From assembly GCA_040400605.1 (NCBI GenBank), contig JBBAPZ010000004.1, forward strand, positions 112,821 through 176,820: a DNA stretch of 64,000 bases. The letters run 5' to 3'. The DNA comes from Candidatus Sericytochromatia bacterium (GTDB taxonomy: Bacteria; Cyanobacteriota; Sericytochromatia; S15B-MN24; JAQBPE01). Position 1 is the stretch's first letter. Each line of letters starts with the position of its first letter. Below the pieces are notes generated by a model, which was not told the DNA's origin, ran no database searches, and worked only from the letters and a program-made list of their open reading frames with translations. Of this stretch, positions 42,295 to 52,602 are shown one piece after another. The translations under genes and the position numbers were made by a program.

Positions 42295-43275
42295 TTAAAA
42301 ACCTCCCTGACGTCGTTGCGTGCGCCATTGATCCGCCGCAACCGCCATAATGATCACGATACCAATCACCAATTGCTGCCAAAATGCAGAGACATCAAGT
42401 AAAACCAAGCCATTACGCAAGACCCCGATGATCGTCACCCCGACGATGGTGCCCCCGATACTGGCCTTGCCCCCCATCAACGAGGCACCCCCGATGACAA
42501 CGGCAGCGATCGCATCCAGCTCCATCAAGCCGCCACCGCTCGGTTGCGCCGAGGATAGACGTGCCATCAACATGATGCCCGCCAACCCTGCTAGCGCCCC
42601 GTTGAATGCATAAATTGCCAGTTTGAAGCGGTGAACTGGTATACCGGATAAGCGAGCCGCTTCCTCATTGCTGCCAAGTGCGATCGCCACCCGACCCAGA
42701 CTGGTGCGATTGAGGATCACGGCTCCAAGAACGGCAACCACAACCATCACCAATAAGGGCACCGGGATGGGGCCAACCTGCCCCGCCAAGGCATTGAGCC
42801 CCGGCGGCAAGTCATCGATTGGCATCCCATCTGTCAGCACCAACGCGCCACCACGGGCCATGCTCATCATTCCCAAAGTCGCAATAAATGGACTGATGCG
42901 CAGCAATGTGATCAAAAGCCCGTTGAACAAGCCACTAAGCGCCCCAACCACGATACCACCCATCAAAGCCACTCCCAGCGGCACATGACCTGTCATCAAG
43001 GCCGCAGTACACGCCGACAGCGCCACGACTGAACCCACGGACAAATCAATTCCCGACGTGGCGATGACAATAGTCATACCAACTGCCACGATCCCGTTAA
43101 TGGATATTTGTCGCGCCACATTCATCAAATTGTCGACACTTAAAAAATTTGACGACAAGATGCTGAGTACACCGCACAAGAGCAACAAGCCCCCCAAAGC
43201 GCCAAAACGCTCAAACCACCCACCCGTGCCACGCGACTCGGGAGCCAGGGATTCACTTCGAACAGGGCTACTCAT
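42295..43275 (-). CDS. rbsC: Sugar ABC transporter permease (RbsC-like)
   Basis: GIDLSVG, PFIATLG, GSNEEAARLSGI and ELDAIAAVVIGG. Confidence 0.85.
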   Translation of the reverse strand: MSSPVRSESLAPESRGTGGWFERFGALGGLLLLCGVLSILSSNFLSVDNLMNVARQISINGIVAVGMTIVIATSGIDLSVGSVVALSACTAALMTGHVPLGVALMGGIVVGALSGLFNGLLITLLRISPFIATLGMMSMARGGALVLTDGMPIDDLPPGLNALAGQVGPIPVPLLVMVVVAVLGAVILNRTSLGRVAIALGSNEEAARLSGIPVHRFKLAIYAFNGALAGLAGIMLMARLSSAQPSGGGLMELDAIAAVVIGGASLMGGKASIGGTIVGVTIIGVLRNGLVLLDVSAFWQQLVIGIVIIMAVAADQWRTQRRQGGF

Positions 43276-43281
43276 GGCAGG

Positions 43282-44766
43282 TCATTCCTTTGTGGCCAGT
43301 TGCAGGATGGATTCCTGGCTCGCTTCCGAACGCTTCAATTCGCCCATCACACGGCCGTAGCCCATCACCAGAATGCGATCACTCATACCCAACACCTCGG
43401 GCAGATCAGAAGACACCATGACAATCGATTTACCCTGAGCCGTCAGTTGGCGCATCAATGCGTAAATCTCCGCTCTTGCTCCGATATCAATGCCACGCGT
43501 GGGTTCATCAATCAATAGTATGTTTGCATCACACAACAACCATTTAGCCAGCACCACTTTCTGCTGATTACCACCACTCAGATTAACGACCCGCTGTTCG
43601 GCGGACGGGGTTCGAATCGCCAGCCGTTCGATATACTCAGCACTCACTTGTCTTTCCGCTTCCTCCAGCCAGAAGCCGACTGGAAAAAACCGTTTGAGGC
43701 ACGCCATGACCATGTTTTCGCGAATGCGCATGCCAAGGGCCAAGCCTTGATGCTTGCGATCCTCCGTCAAGAATGCCAAACCCGCTTCGACCGCTTGCCG
43801 GGGATTGCGTAGGTCTTTGAATTCTCCGTTGATACGCACCTCACCGGTTGCCGGATCAGCCCTGAAAAGCGCGCGTAACAACTCGGTTCGACCCGATCCC
43901 ACCAACCCGGCGATACCCAAAATCTCACCGCGCCTTAGCGAGAACGACACGCCAAAAAGCACGCCAGGCCGGTTGAGATTGGTCACCTCAAGCGCCAACT
44001 CGTCACGCTCAAGCGGCGTTTGAGGGGGATAGACGTCGCTGAGCTCGCGCCCCACCATCAGGCGAATAAGATCATCCGGTGTCGATTCACCAATCAGCTT
44101 AGTGGCAACACTACAACCGTCCCGCAAAACGGTGACGCGGTCGCCCAACTCGAAAAGTTCCGGCATGCGATGCGATATATACACCAACGCGACACCGCGA
44201 TCCCGCAGCTTCCGCACCGTCGCAAACAAAACCTCGCACTCTTTCTCCGACAAGGCAGCGGTTGGCTCATCCATCGTGAGAATCCGAGCACGTTGGGTGA
44301 GCGCCCTGGCAATTTCGATCATTTGCATCTGCGCCACACTCAGTCCCCGCACCACGCAGTTCGGCGCAACTGAAATCTGCAACTCTTCCAAGATTTGGGC
44401 GGCCTCGCGATTTAATGACCTAAAATCAATCAGGCCGTGCCGGGTTTTTGTGCGACCCAGATAAAGATTCTCCGCCACTGTCAAGTCCGGAACCAGGCTG
44501 AGTTCCTGATAAATCGTCGCGATTCCCAACGCTTGAGCCATCCGAGGTCCCAAGAATTTAACGGGTGCGCCATCCAACACAATGCGGCCGCTATCCGGTT
44601 GGTGCACGCCAGCCAACATTTTCATCAGCGTGGACTTGCCCGCCCCGTTTTCACCGAGCAACACATGAACTTCACCGGCATGCAACTCAAGGTTGACACG
44701 CTCCAAAGCCCGTACCCCGGGAAAGTGCTTGGAAACGGCTTCGAGTGTGATGATGGGTGCTGCCAC
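43282..44766 (-). CDS. rbsA: Sugar ABC transporter ATPase (RbsA-like, double NBD)
   Basis: GENGAGKS, MDEPT, LSGGNQQK and DEPTRG. Confidence 0.88.
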   Translation of the reverse strand: MAAPIITLEAVSKHFPGVRALERVNLELHAGEVHVLLGENGAGKSTLMKMLAGVHQPDSGRIVLDGAPVKFLGPRMAQALGIATIYQELSLVPDLTVAENLYLGRTKTRHGLIDFRSLNREAAQILEELQISVAPNCVVRGLSVAQMQMIEIARALTQRARILTMDEPTAALSEKECEVLFATVRKLRDRGVALVYISHRMPELFELGDRVTVLRDGCSVATKLIGESTPDDLIRLMVGRELSDVYPPQTPLERDELALEVTNLNRPGVLFGVSFSLRRGEILGIAGLVGSGRTELLRALFRADPATGEVRINGEFKDLRNPRQAVEAGLAFLTEDRKHQGLALGMRIRENMVMACLKRFFPVGFWLEEAERQVSAEYIERLAIRTPSAEQRVVNLSGGNQQKVVLAKWLLCDANILLIDEPTRGIDIGARAEIYALMRQLTAQGKSIVMVSSDLPEVLGMSDRILVMGYGRVMGELKRSEASQESILQLATKE

Positions 44767-45236
44767 GATGCGAACCTTGCAATGTTTCGGATGCGGAGGA
44801 CCGGTTGCGCCAGGAACGTGAAGCTGACTGCATCATCATACCGCGAGTCACGCCCCTTCGGCACCCCACCTGTTGAAACATCACGCGGATCGCCTTTGTA
44901 AGGCATCGCGGTTCGGGGTACGGGACCCATATGCAGTGTTTTCTGGATTTGATGTGAAGTGCGTGCGAATCCGATGGGGATTTCGGTGTCATTGCGCGGT
45001 TGGCTGGCGGCTCTGTACATCCGTTTTTAAAAGCACTTGATTGCTTGGTGCCCGATTATCTGATGGGTAAATCTGGTGACGTGCTTTGCAAGGAAAAAAT
45101 CAATGCCCTTGTTTCATCGAGCGATGATCGTTGCCGACGCACGCCGACAGCGGCACTTCTTGGTGTAGTTTGTTACACTTTGTAGCGTGAGGTCGTGGCG
45201 AGGTTGTCACGCGTCTGATGAAGAGGCACTTCAATC

Positions 45237-45941
45237 GTGTGCGCAGACCGTCCGTTGGTCCTTGTTGCGACATCCGTACCGAGTCAGGCCCGCTTACTAA
45301 TGCGGCTTGTCAACGAGGCAATTGAGTGTGTGTGTGTGGTCGTGACCAGCGGTCATCAGGTGCTGGAATACTCGCTCCAACGGGTTTATGATCTTAGCAT
45401 TTTAAGTGCCGACCTCACTGGTATCGACGGTCACACCGTCTGCCATCGCCTGCGCCAGTTTGCTGGATGGCAGCACGCATCCATCATGATTTACGGCAAC
45501 AGAGGACAGTCCGAACTGAAGTACCGCTCATTTTATGTCGGCGCCACCGAATATATGGAGTGGCCGTTTGACTCCCTTGAGTTTGTGTGGCGTGTACGCG
45601 TGCAGCTGCGGCACTGCGTGCGTTCAGCAGACGAAACAAAGAGCCTACAATGCCCACCTTACCGTCTGGAAGTATCCACGCGTCTGATTTACGTGGCAGA
45701 CCGCGCCATTACCCTGACACCATCCGAGTTCAACCTCGCTTGGGTGCTGATCAGCCGTTTCAATCAATGGGTAACGACGGAGCACTTGCTGCTTGACGCG
45801 TTAAAGCGTCCTCGTGATGCACGGTCGCTGGCTTTGCTGCACACGCACATTCGCAATCTGCGCAAAAAATTGGAGACAGATCCCCATCAACCCCAGATTC
45901 TGCTTGCTACCAACGGTGCCTACCAATGGCGCACCGTCTGA
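45237..45941 (+). CDS. Atypical OmpR-family regulator (pseudo-receiver)
   Basis: Winged helix (LTPSEF, HIRNLRKKLE); receiver lacks the acidic pocket, phospho-Asp and Lys. Confidence 0.8.
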   Translation: MCADRPLVLVATSVPSQARLLMRLVNEAIECVCVVVTSGHQVLEYSLQRVYDLSILSADLTGIDGHTVCHRLRQFAGWQHASIMIYGNRGQSELKYRSFYVGATEYMEWPFDSLEFVWRVRVQLRHCVRSADETKSLQCPPYRLEVSTRLIYVADRAITLTPSEFNLAWVLISRFNQWVTTEHLLLDALKRPRDARSLALLHTHIRNLRKKLETDPHQPQILLATNGAYQWRTV

Positions 45942-45942
45942 C

Positions 45943-46170
45943 TCATACCATCGCAGGCTCCCATAATCGCAGCGCATAACGTTTGATGCACTGGGCGTCT
46001 GGCACACGCTCCGTTTCAATGGCCGTACAGATGTACTTGCCTTCAAGCCCCTCGCTGATGCGCGCACGCTGTGCACCTAGCAAATTGCCTACATTCAGCT
46101 GTGGATCCTCATCCACCTCCTGAACCAAACCATCCGAAAATACCAGTAAATACCGCCACGCTTTCAGCAT
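45943..46170 (-). CDS. Small hypothetical protein (75 aa)
   Basis: AAGGAG RBS before ATG 46170. Confidence 0.6.
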   Translation of the reverse strand: MLKAWRYLLVFSDGLVQEVDEDPQLNVGNLLGAQRARISEGLEGKYICTAIETERVPDAQCIKRYALRLWEPAMV

Positions 46171-46482
46171 GCCAAGCTCCTTTTTTCTCGTCATTATGCT
46201 GCGCGCTGCGGTCCAAACCGACATACAAACAGGAGACGCCAAGACGCGTTTGCCGACATTCGGCCCCTAATTGTCTTTACTCCCGAAGACCACTCGACAT
46301 CGTTGCGGTTGCCCGAACGTAAACGCCGGGTGTCCGGCTGAGGCGCTTGCAAGGATGAATGATTGTCTCCGAGGGTAAGAATTGGTATCCGTGATTGTTG
46401 TCAAGGTCGCGATGCAGCAACTGAAGAGCATCGGAATGGGATGCAATATCGCGTCTGGGTTTTGGGGATAGAACGGTTACTG

Positions 46483-46728
46483 TACGGCGACGCATCGGTT
46501 GTTGCTCAAAACATTAGACACTGACTTGCTTTTATGCTGACCAACAGCCAAAACTGATCACCAATCCGCACGTTTCTGTTTAACGGAAAAGGGTCTGAAA
46601 AACCGCTTGGATGTTTTTTGGGGGCACTTCGCCTGCAAGCCGACCCACATGATTTTGTAGGCAGAATGTTTTTGAATAAGAAGACGATGAGTTGGTTTCC
46701 AGGAATTTTCCCCCAGGTTGTTGAATGC
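46483..46728 (+). repeat. Dispersed intergenic repeat, modules A+B joined
   Basis: ACCAACAGCCAAAAC-TGATCACCAATC is 27/28 identical to the 63572 copy; the 3' half matches the 22061 and 21005 copies. Confidence 0.75.
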
Positions 46729-46800
46729 GCGTGATTGTGCGGTATAACGAGCGGTCTGAAGCCGCGGTTGCAGGCGCCAGATGCGAAGGACGTCGTGCCG

Positions 46801-48780
46801 TTACACGTCTGAGTAGCTGTCGGAATCCTGACGACTTTCGCTGCCTGGTTCGGTGCGGGCCCACGCCTGGTCGCGCTGCCTGAATCCTTGGGACCACTGG
46901 TCAAACCACACGCCAGGTCCTTTTGGCAAGGTATCGTCATCCAGACGAACGACATCAACGCCGATTTCCGAACTGAGTTGCACGCGCAGGTTTTCACTCA
47001 AGACGGCATCGCGCCCGGTGGTAATAAAAATCGTGTTTAGTCTCCGGCTTTTGCCATATTCGGGTAAAACCTCCAACAACGAGCCGGGTAAGACTTTTAA
47101 ACTCAAAATGAAATCACGGGAATCATAGAATTCTTCAATCTGTTGGGAAATCAGTCGTTCGAGGCCTTCAGACAGACGGGCAGGCCCGGCGCTTTGTTCT
47201 TCGGCGTGGAACAATAAAATCTCAATGTTCTCACCGAACTTTTTTAACAGGTAACTGATCTCGGTAACCAGGCGGGTCGCATTCGAGCCACTGGTACAAA
47301 TCACGTACGTGGGAAGATCCGGTAAATTTTCCATTTTGCGGTACTTGCCCAGCCCCAAGCGCAAGTCTGGCAGTTGCACCATCCGGGTCTCGACCTGTCC
47401 GAGGCGATAAAAAGCCATAAGCAAAAGTACCGCCAAGAACAACTGCAGTCCTAAACCCCTTGCCTCGTGTGCGGTGATAATCAAAACGCCCTGCGCGAAA
47501 ATCAGAAGGATTGCACCCAGTAACGGCGCCCACGGCAGCGTGACGTGGCGAATCTTAAAGGTCCACGTGTTGATGTAGGGCGCTCGTGCGATTTTGACGG
47601 GCTGATGCAAACGCAGCAGAAGCACGCCGGCGCAATAAAAAATCATGACCCCCAAAAACGCAATCCCATAGACCTCACCGAGGCGATCGACACTGCCGGG
47701 AAACGCGACCAACATCACCACACACAGTGCCATAAAGGGTAAAACGGCCAAGGGATAACCTTGCAAAGCCGGTCTCCAGTCTGTCCAACGCTGCAACACC
47801 AGAGCGGGCAAGTTTCCTTGCTTGCCCATGGTGGTGATCAAACCGGTCGCGCCGGCAAAGGCTGTATTGACTGCGGCAAAGAGCGTCAAACACGCATTGG
47901 TGACCAAAAGATACAGCATCGGCGTGCCTCCTTCCAGAACGGCGACACCCGATAAAAACGCGTCTTTATATTTGACGACATCGGCATCCGACAGCAAAAC
48001 AATGCACAACAAGGACGAAATGGGTCCCGTAAAGCTGACGAGTATCACAATGGTTGTATAAATGCGGCGAATCGACAGCCAACGGGGTTCCGCAATCTCC
48101 TCGATAATTTGCGCCGCGGATTCAAAACCCGTAATTCCCAAAAAAGCGGCAGCAAATGCCATGACCACCGCATGGGGAGCCAGTGCACCAAAGCCTTCCG
48201 TCAAACGTTCCCAATGAGCCCCTTGGGTAAAAGCCAGGAACAAACCATACACATCCATGCCAATCAGGGTCACGAAATGAAACGCTGCGATGGCAAAGGT
48301 TAACTTGGTGGATTCGCGCAAGCCAAATACGTTCAGAATCGCGAACCCAACGATCGGAACTGCCGCAACCAATGCGATTTGCCAGTTGCTCCAAACGGTG
48401 TGACCGAGAATGGGCAAGGTGCTGAGGTATTTGGCCCCGGACAATGCACTGACCACTGCGGTAGCCAGGTAAGACAATATCGTCATGGAGCCCACAATCA
48501 ACGCGGTGCGACGACCGATGGTCTGCAAGACCATCGTGTAAGCGCCGCCGTTGAGAGGGCTGACTGCGCAACCTTCCTGGTAGGTCAACTTGAACAACCA
48601 CATGGCCGAACAGACAAAGGTAATGAAAAATGGAGCCGCACCGCCAACCAATGGATATAAAATGCCCGTGCTGTAAAAAACGGACGTTCCGATGTCCGCG
48701 CCCACCAAGCCGGCAGCAAGCCACCAGGTCAAAGCGGGTGCGTGCGCAGGGCGGGATTGTTGCAGTTGAGCCGTACTCAC
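46801..48780 (-). CDS. APC-superfamily transporter, KimA/KUP-like, with cytoplasmic C-terminal domain
   Basis: ADIGTSVFY (KUP motif GDIGTSPLY), GGAY and TGFES; about 12 TM segments; overlaps the stop of the RCK gene. Confidence 0.8.
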   Translation of the reverse strand: MSTAQLQQSRPAHAPALTWWLAAGLVGADIGTSVFYSTGILYPLVGGAAPFFITFVCSAMWLFKLTYQEGCAVSPLNGGAYTMVLQTIGRRTALIVGSMTILSYLATAVVSALSGAKYLSTLPILGHTVWSNWQIALVAAVPIVGFAILNVFGLRESTKLTFAIAAFHFVTLIGMDVYGLFLAFTQGAHWERLTEGFGALAPHAVVMAFAAAFLGITGFESAAQIIEEIAEPRWLSIRRIYTTIVILVSFTGPISSLLCIVLLSDADVVKYKDAFLSGVAVLEGGTPMLYLLVTNACLTLFAAVNTAFAGATGLITTMGKQGNLPALVLQRWTDWRPALQGYPLAVLPFMALCVVMLVAFPGSVDRLGEVYGIAFLGVMIFYCAGVLLLRLHQPVKIARAPYINTWTFKIRHVTLPWAPLLGAILLIFAQGVLIITAHEARGLGLQLFLAVLLLMAFYRLGQVETRMVQLPDLRLGLGKYRKMENLPDLPTYVICTSGSNATRLVTEISYLLKKFGENIEILLFHAEEQSAGPARLSEGLERLISQQIEEFYDSRDFILSLKVLPGSLLEVLPEYGKSRRLNTIFITTGRDAVLSENLRVQLSSEIGVDVVRLDDDTLPKGPGVWFDQWSQGFRQRDQAWARTEPGSESRQDSDSYSDV

Positions 48781-49442
48781 GCCTTGACTCCCACGAGCAC
48801 CGCGCGGAGTTCGGCTTCGTTGCTGCGCAAGGTGATCGCGAAGACCTCATCGGCGGGCAACAGCACCGTGTTCCCATCTGGTACGACGAGTTCGCCCGCG
48901 CGCCAAATGGCAGCAATCAGGGAATCTTTGGGCAGGTCCAGTTTTCGGATGGGTAAACCGACCACTGGTGCGTCTTGTCTGAGATCAACTTCAACGACAG
49001 ACATCCGTTCATGCCATGTGAAGAGGGTCATCGCCTCGTGGGGAATGATTTCATACTCAATGGCACGGGACACCAACGATGTCACACTGATCACCAGGTC
49101 GACTCCCGCCAACCGAAACAACTCTTCATTGCGCGGATCATTGACCCGTGCCAAGGTGCGTCTGACATTGAACAGATACTTGGCCATCTTGCAGATCATG
49201 TAATTGTCCTGGTCCCGCCCAGCGACCGCCACGATGACATCGGCCCGACTGATTCCCGCGCGCAACAGTAACTCCGGATTCGTTGCATCACCCGCAATGA
49301 CTGACACTTCCTCGTACTCTCGATACACCGCCTCGCATACGCGTCGATCCCGTTCAATCAACGCCACTTCGTGCTGCTGTTCAAGCAATGCCCGAATGAG
49401 GTGTAAACCAATTTTGCCGCCACCTGCAATAATAATGAACAT
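48777..49442 (-). CDS. trkA: TrkA/KtrA-family RCK protein (RCK_N + RCK_C)
   Basis: IAGGGKIG, GDAT, ARVNDP and VVPDGNT. Confidence 0.88.
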   Translation of the reverse strand: MFIIIAGGGKIGLHLIRALLEQQHEVALIERDRRVCEAVYREYEEVSVIAGDATNPELLLRAGISRADVIVAVAGRDQDNYMICKMAKYLFNVRRTLARVNDPRNEELFRLAGVDLVISVTSLVSRAIEYEIIPHEAMTLFTWHERMSVVEVDLRQDAPVVGLPIRKLDLPKDSLIAAIWRAGELVVPDGNTVLLPADEVFAITLRSNEAELRAVLVGVKA

Positions 49443-49481
49443 GCAGTCTCCCTGCGCACTTTCTGGTACCCAAAAACCCGG

Positions 49482-49886
49482 TCAAAGCTTCAACTCCAAC
49501 GCACGCTCCAACGCAAGCGTTCCCTCGACAATCGGGCTGATGACCTCGAACCCTTCTTCACGATACAAATTGGCCAGTCGCGGTTCATCCACACGTACGA
49601 CAATGCGCGGCACGTTAAAGATTCGGCGCGCGACATCAGCGGCCATCATATTTGTGCTTTCATCGCGAGCGACCGCTGCGAGCGCGACAGCCCGCTCGAT
49701 GCCGGCACGTTTAAGCACATCATTGTCAATTTCCATGCCCTCGATGGTGCGCCCTTTAAAGTCGCGGGGCAAGTTCAAGTCAAAGTTGCGGCGCTCATGA
49801 TCCACCACGACCACTTCCTGACCCGCTGCGGCCAGTTTGATGGCGAGACTGCCCCCTAGCCGTCCGCATCCGATGATCAATACCAT
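49482..49886 (-). CDS. TrkA-family protein, RCK_N only
   Basis: IIGCGRLG and LKRAGIE; 134 aa. Confidence 0.85.
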   Translation of the reverse strand: MVLIIGCGRLGGSLAIKLAAAGQEVVVVDHERRNFDLNLPRDFKGRTIEGMEIDNDVLKRAGIERAVALAAVARDESTNMMAADVARRIFNVPRIVVRVDEPRLANLYREEGFEVISPIVEGTLALERALELKL

Positions 49887-49997
49887 TGCGCCTTACCTCT
49901 TCCGCGCCAAGTGCCTGTCAGAACAAACTTCCGCTCACCTGGCCCCAAGTCACACACTATACTCCTGCGCCGCACCGCTAAGCAAGCAATCCCATTT

Positions 49998-51227
49998 CTA
50001 GTTAAGTATGCCAACCATTGCAGCACTCAAGCACGACGCGAGCGCGCCTGCCAACATCGCGCGCGGACCCAAACGTGCGAGATCCCGCCGACGCTCAGGG
50101 GCCATTTGCCCAATGCCGCCGACGTTTTGTGCGACAGACGACACATTCGCAAAACCACACAACGCAAAGGTCGCCAACATCGCGCCACGTTCACCGATCT
50201 TTCCGTCGCGCAAGGCCTCGGACAGTTGGGCATATGACACAAACTCATTCAGAACCAACTTCTGCCCGATTAAATGCCCAACCATCCAAGCATCTGCATA
50301 GGGCACCCCAATCAAAAACGCGAGGGGAAAGAACAACACGCCAAGGATCGCTTCCAGGCTTAGCGCCGTTACACCCACGTAACTTCCAACCCACGCGATG
50401 CCACCATTCACCATCGCGACAAGCGAAATGAACGCCAACAGCATCGCAGCGACCGCCAACGCCAATTGCAGACCGTCTTGCGCCCCCTTTGCCGCCGCTT
50501 CGATCAGCGACGACTCTCGACGCGTCAGTTCAAAGTGAACATGACCCACCGTTTGCGAGGCCTCGGTCTCCGGCACAATCATTTTGGCCATGACCAACCC
50601 GGCGGGCGCTCCCATCAGCGAAGCAGCCAGCAAGTGCGGAGCCCAATTTTCACCCAACATGCCAATGTAGGCTGCCATAACCCCACCCGCGATGGTGGCC
50701 ATGCCACCCGTCATCAGTGCCATCAGTTCCGATCGCGTCATCCCTGAGATGTAAGGTCTGACAAGCAAAGGACCTTCAACCTGCCCCACAAACACACAGG
50801 CCGCGGCAGACAAACTTTCAGCACCGGATACGCCGAGTGTCCTTGCCATCAGCCACGCCATCGCGCCAACCAGGCGCTGAATCAGCCCCAAATGGTACAA
50901 AACCCCAATAACGGCAGCCATAAAAACAATTGTCGGCAAAACCTGAAACGCAAAGATAAAGCCAAAGGACGGCACATCTTCAACCAATTTTCCAAAAACA
51001 AATTGCGACCCAACCTTGGAGAAGTCCAACAAGCGTGTGATACCTCGCCCCAACCACTGAAACAATGCTTGACCGGCACGCGTGTTCAAAATAAAAATTG
51101 CCAAGGTAAATTGCACACCGAGGCCCCATGCCACCAAACGCCAGCGAATCGCTTGGCGATCCACCGATGCGACGTAAGCGATCGCCAAAATGATTGCAAT
51201 CCCGGCAAGGCCTATAAGGTGCTGCAT
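49998..51227 (-). CDS. nupC: NupC/CNT nucleoside transporter, paralog 2
   Basis: FQVLP, GAES, GMATIAG, KLVLNEFV and ALCGFAN. Confidence 0.9.
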   Translation of the reverse strand: MQHLIGLAGIAIILAIAYVASVDRQAIRWRLVAWGLGVQFTLAIFILNTRAGQALFQWLGRGITRLLDFSKVGSQFVFGKLVEDVPSFGFIFAFQVLPTIVFMAAVIGVLYHLGLIQRLVGAMAWLMARTLGVSGAESLSAAACVFVGQVEGPLLVRPYISGMTRSELMALMTGGMATIAGGVMAAYIGMLGENWAPHLLAASLMGAPAGLVMAKMIVPETEASQTVGHVHFELTRRESSLIEAAAKGAQDGLQLALAVAAMLLAFISLVAMVNGGIAWVGSYVGVTALSLEAILGVLFFPLAFLIGVPYADAWMVGHLIGQKLVLNEFVSYAQLSEALRDGKIGERGAMLATFALCGFANVSSVAQNVGGIGQMAPERRRDLARLGPRAMLAGALASCLSAAMVGILN

Positions 51228-51252
51228 ACCAGTTTTAATCCCCTTTGCGGAC

Positions 51253-52497
51253 TCAGCTCAGCAAGCCCGCGATGGTGGCTGTCAAACATGACGCCAAGGC
51301 GCCGCCAAACATCGCACGCAGACCCAGTTGCGCCAGCTCGCTGCGCCGCTCTGGCGCGATGCCGCCGATACAACCGACGTTGATGGCAATCGAGCTAAAA
51401 TTGGCAAAGCCACACAAAGCATAGGTTGCAATGGTCGTGCCCATTGGGGTTAAACTCAAATTCGCCACTTTTCCGCCAATGATTTCAGATAGCCGGGCAT
51501 AGGCGACAAATTCATTTAACACAATTTTTTGTCCAAGCAGCGCCCCAACCGTCTGGACATCCACCCAAGGCACACCCATCAAAAAGACCAAGGGCGCAAA
51601 TGCAAAGCCAAGCAACTTCTCCAACGACAAACCACCCCAGCCCAAAGATGCACCAAACAGCCCGATGCCGGCATTTAACATTGCCAGAAGCGATATGAAT
51701 GCAATCAGCATCGCGCCCACAATGAGCGCCAGGTGTAGGCCATCTTGTGCACCTTTTGCGGCGGCTTCAATCAACGATGACTCTTGACGTTCGATGGTGA
51801 GATCAACCACGCCCGCGGTCTCCGGGAGTGCTGTCTCCGGTAATAGCATTTTTGCCATCACCAAGCCCGCCGGCGCCCCCATGATCGATGCCGCCAGCAA
51901 GTGCGGTGCCCAGTCACTTCCCAGCATTCCGATATACGCCGCCATCACGGAGCCCGCGATGGTTGCCATGCCACTGGTCATAATGGTGTTCAATTCGGAG
52001 CGCGTCATCCCCTGAATGTAAGGTTTAATCAACAAAGGTGCTTCGGATTGACCGACAAAAACCGTACCCACCGCATTCAGACTTTCGGCCCCGGACGTCT
52101 TCATCGTTCGCACCATCAACCGCGCGGTCCATGTCACAACCAACTGCATGATACCGACGTGGTAAGCAATGCCCATCAAGCTGCCCACAAAAATGATGGC
52201 GGGCAGGACCTGAAAACAAAAAATGAACCCAAACCGGTCCATTTTGGTCACGAGGTCGCCAAACACAAAGGTACTGCCCTGTTTCGAAAAATCGAGCAGG
52301 GTGGTTACCGCTGCCCCCATCCATTCGAAGCACTGCCGACCAAAGGGCAGTTTGAGTATGAACAAGGCCAGTAACAACTGGAGGCCCAAGCCCCACAGGA
52401 CCAGTCGCCAGTTGATGTGACGGCGGTCCGTTGAAAAGGTCCACGCGATCGCCAAGATGGCCCCGATACCAAGCAGACCAATCCAGTTTTCAGGCAT
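51253..52497 (-). CDS. nupC: NupC/CNT nucleoside transporter, paralog 1
   Basis: FVGQSEAP, GMATIAGS, NEFVAY and ALCGFANFSS. Confidence 0.92.
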   Translation of the reverse strand: MPENWIGLLGIGAILAIAWTFSTDRRHINWRLVLWGLGLQLLLALFILKLPFGRQCFEWMGAAVTTLLDFSKQGSTFVFGDLVTKMDRFGFIFCFQVLPAIIFVGSLMGIAYHVGIMQLVVTWTARLMVRTMKTSGAESLNAVGTVFVGQSEAPLLIKPYIQGMTRSELNTIMTSGMATIAGSVMAAYIGMLGSDWAPHLLAASIMGAPAGLVMAKMLLPETALPETAGVVDLTIERQESSLIEAAAKGAQDGLHLALIVGAMLIAFISLLAMLNAGIGLFGASLGWGGLSLEKLLGFAFAPLVFLMGVPWVDVQTVGALLGQKIVLNEFVAYARLSEIIGGKVANLSLTPMGTTIATYALCGFANFSSIAINVGCIGGIAPERRSELAQLGLRAMFGGALASCLTATIAGLLS

Positions 52498-52602
52498 AAC
52501 CAACGCTTTCAGGTATCAATCGCGGATATCATGGCTGTATGAACGACACGGGCGTTATTCTAGGTGCAGCGCCGAACAAAAGCAAGCGACCGAACCAGAC
52601 CG

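Noticed and set aside
48122..48916. 264-aa alternative-frame ORF
   Set aside because: Out-of-frame overlap with two well-supported genes.
49887..49997. c-di-AMP (ydaO) riboswitch before the K+ operon
   Set aside because: The gap is short and has no recognisable motif.
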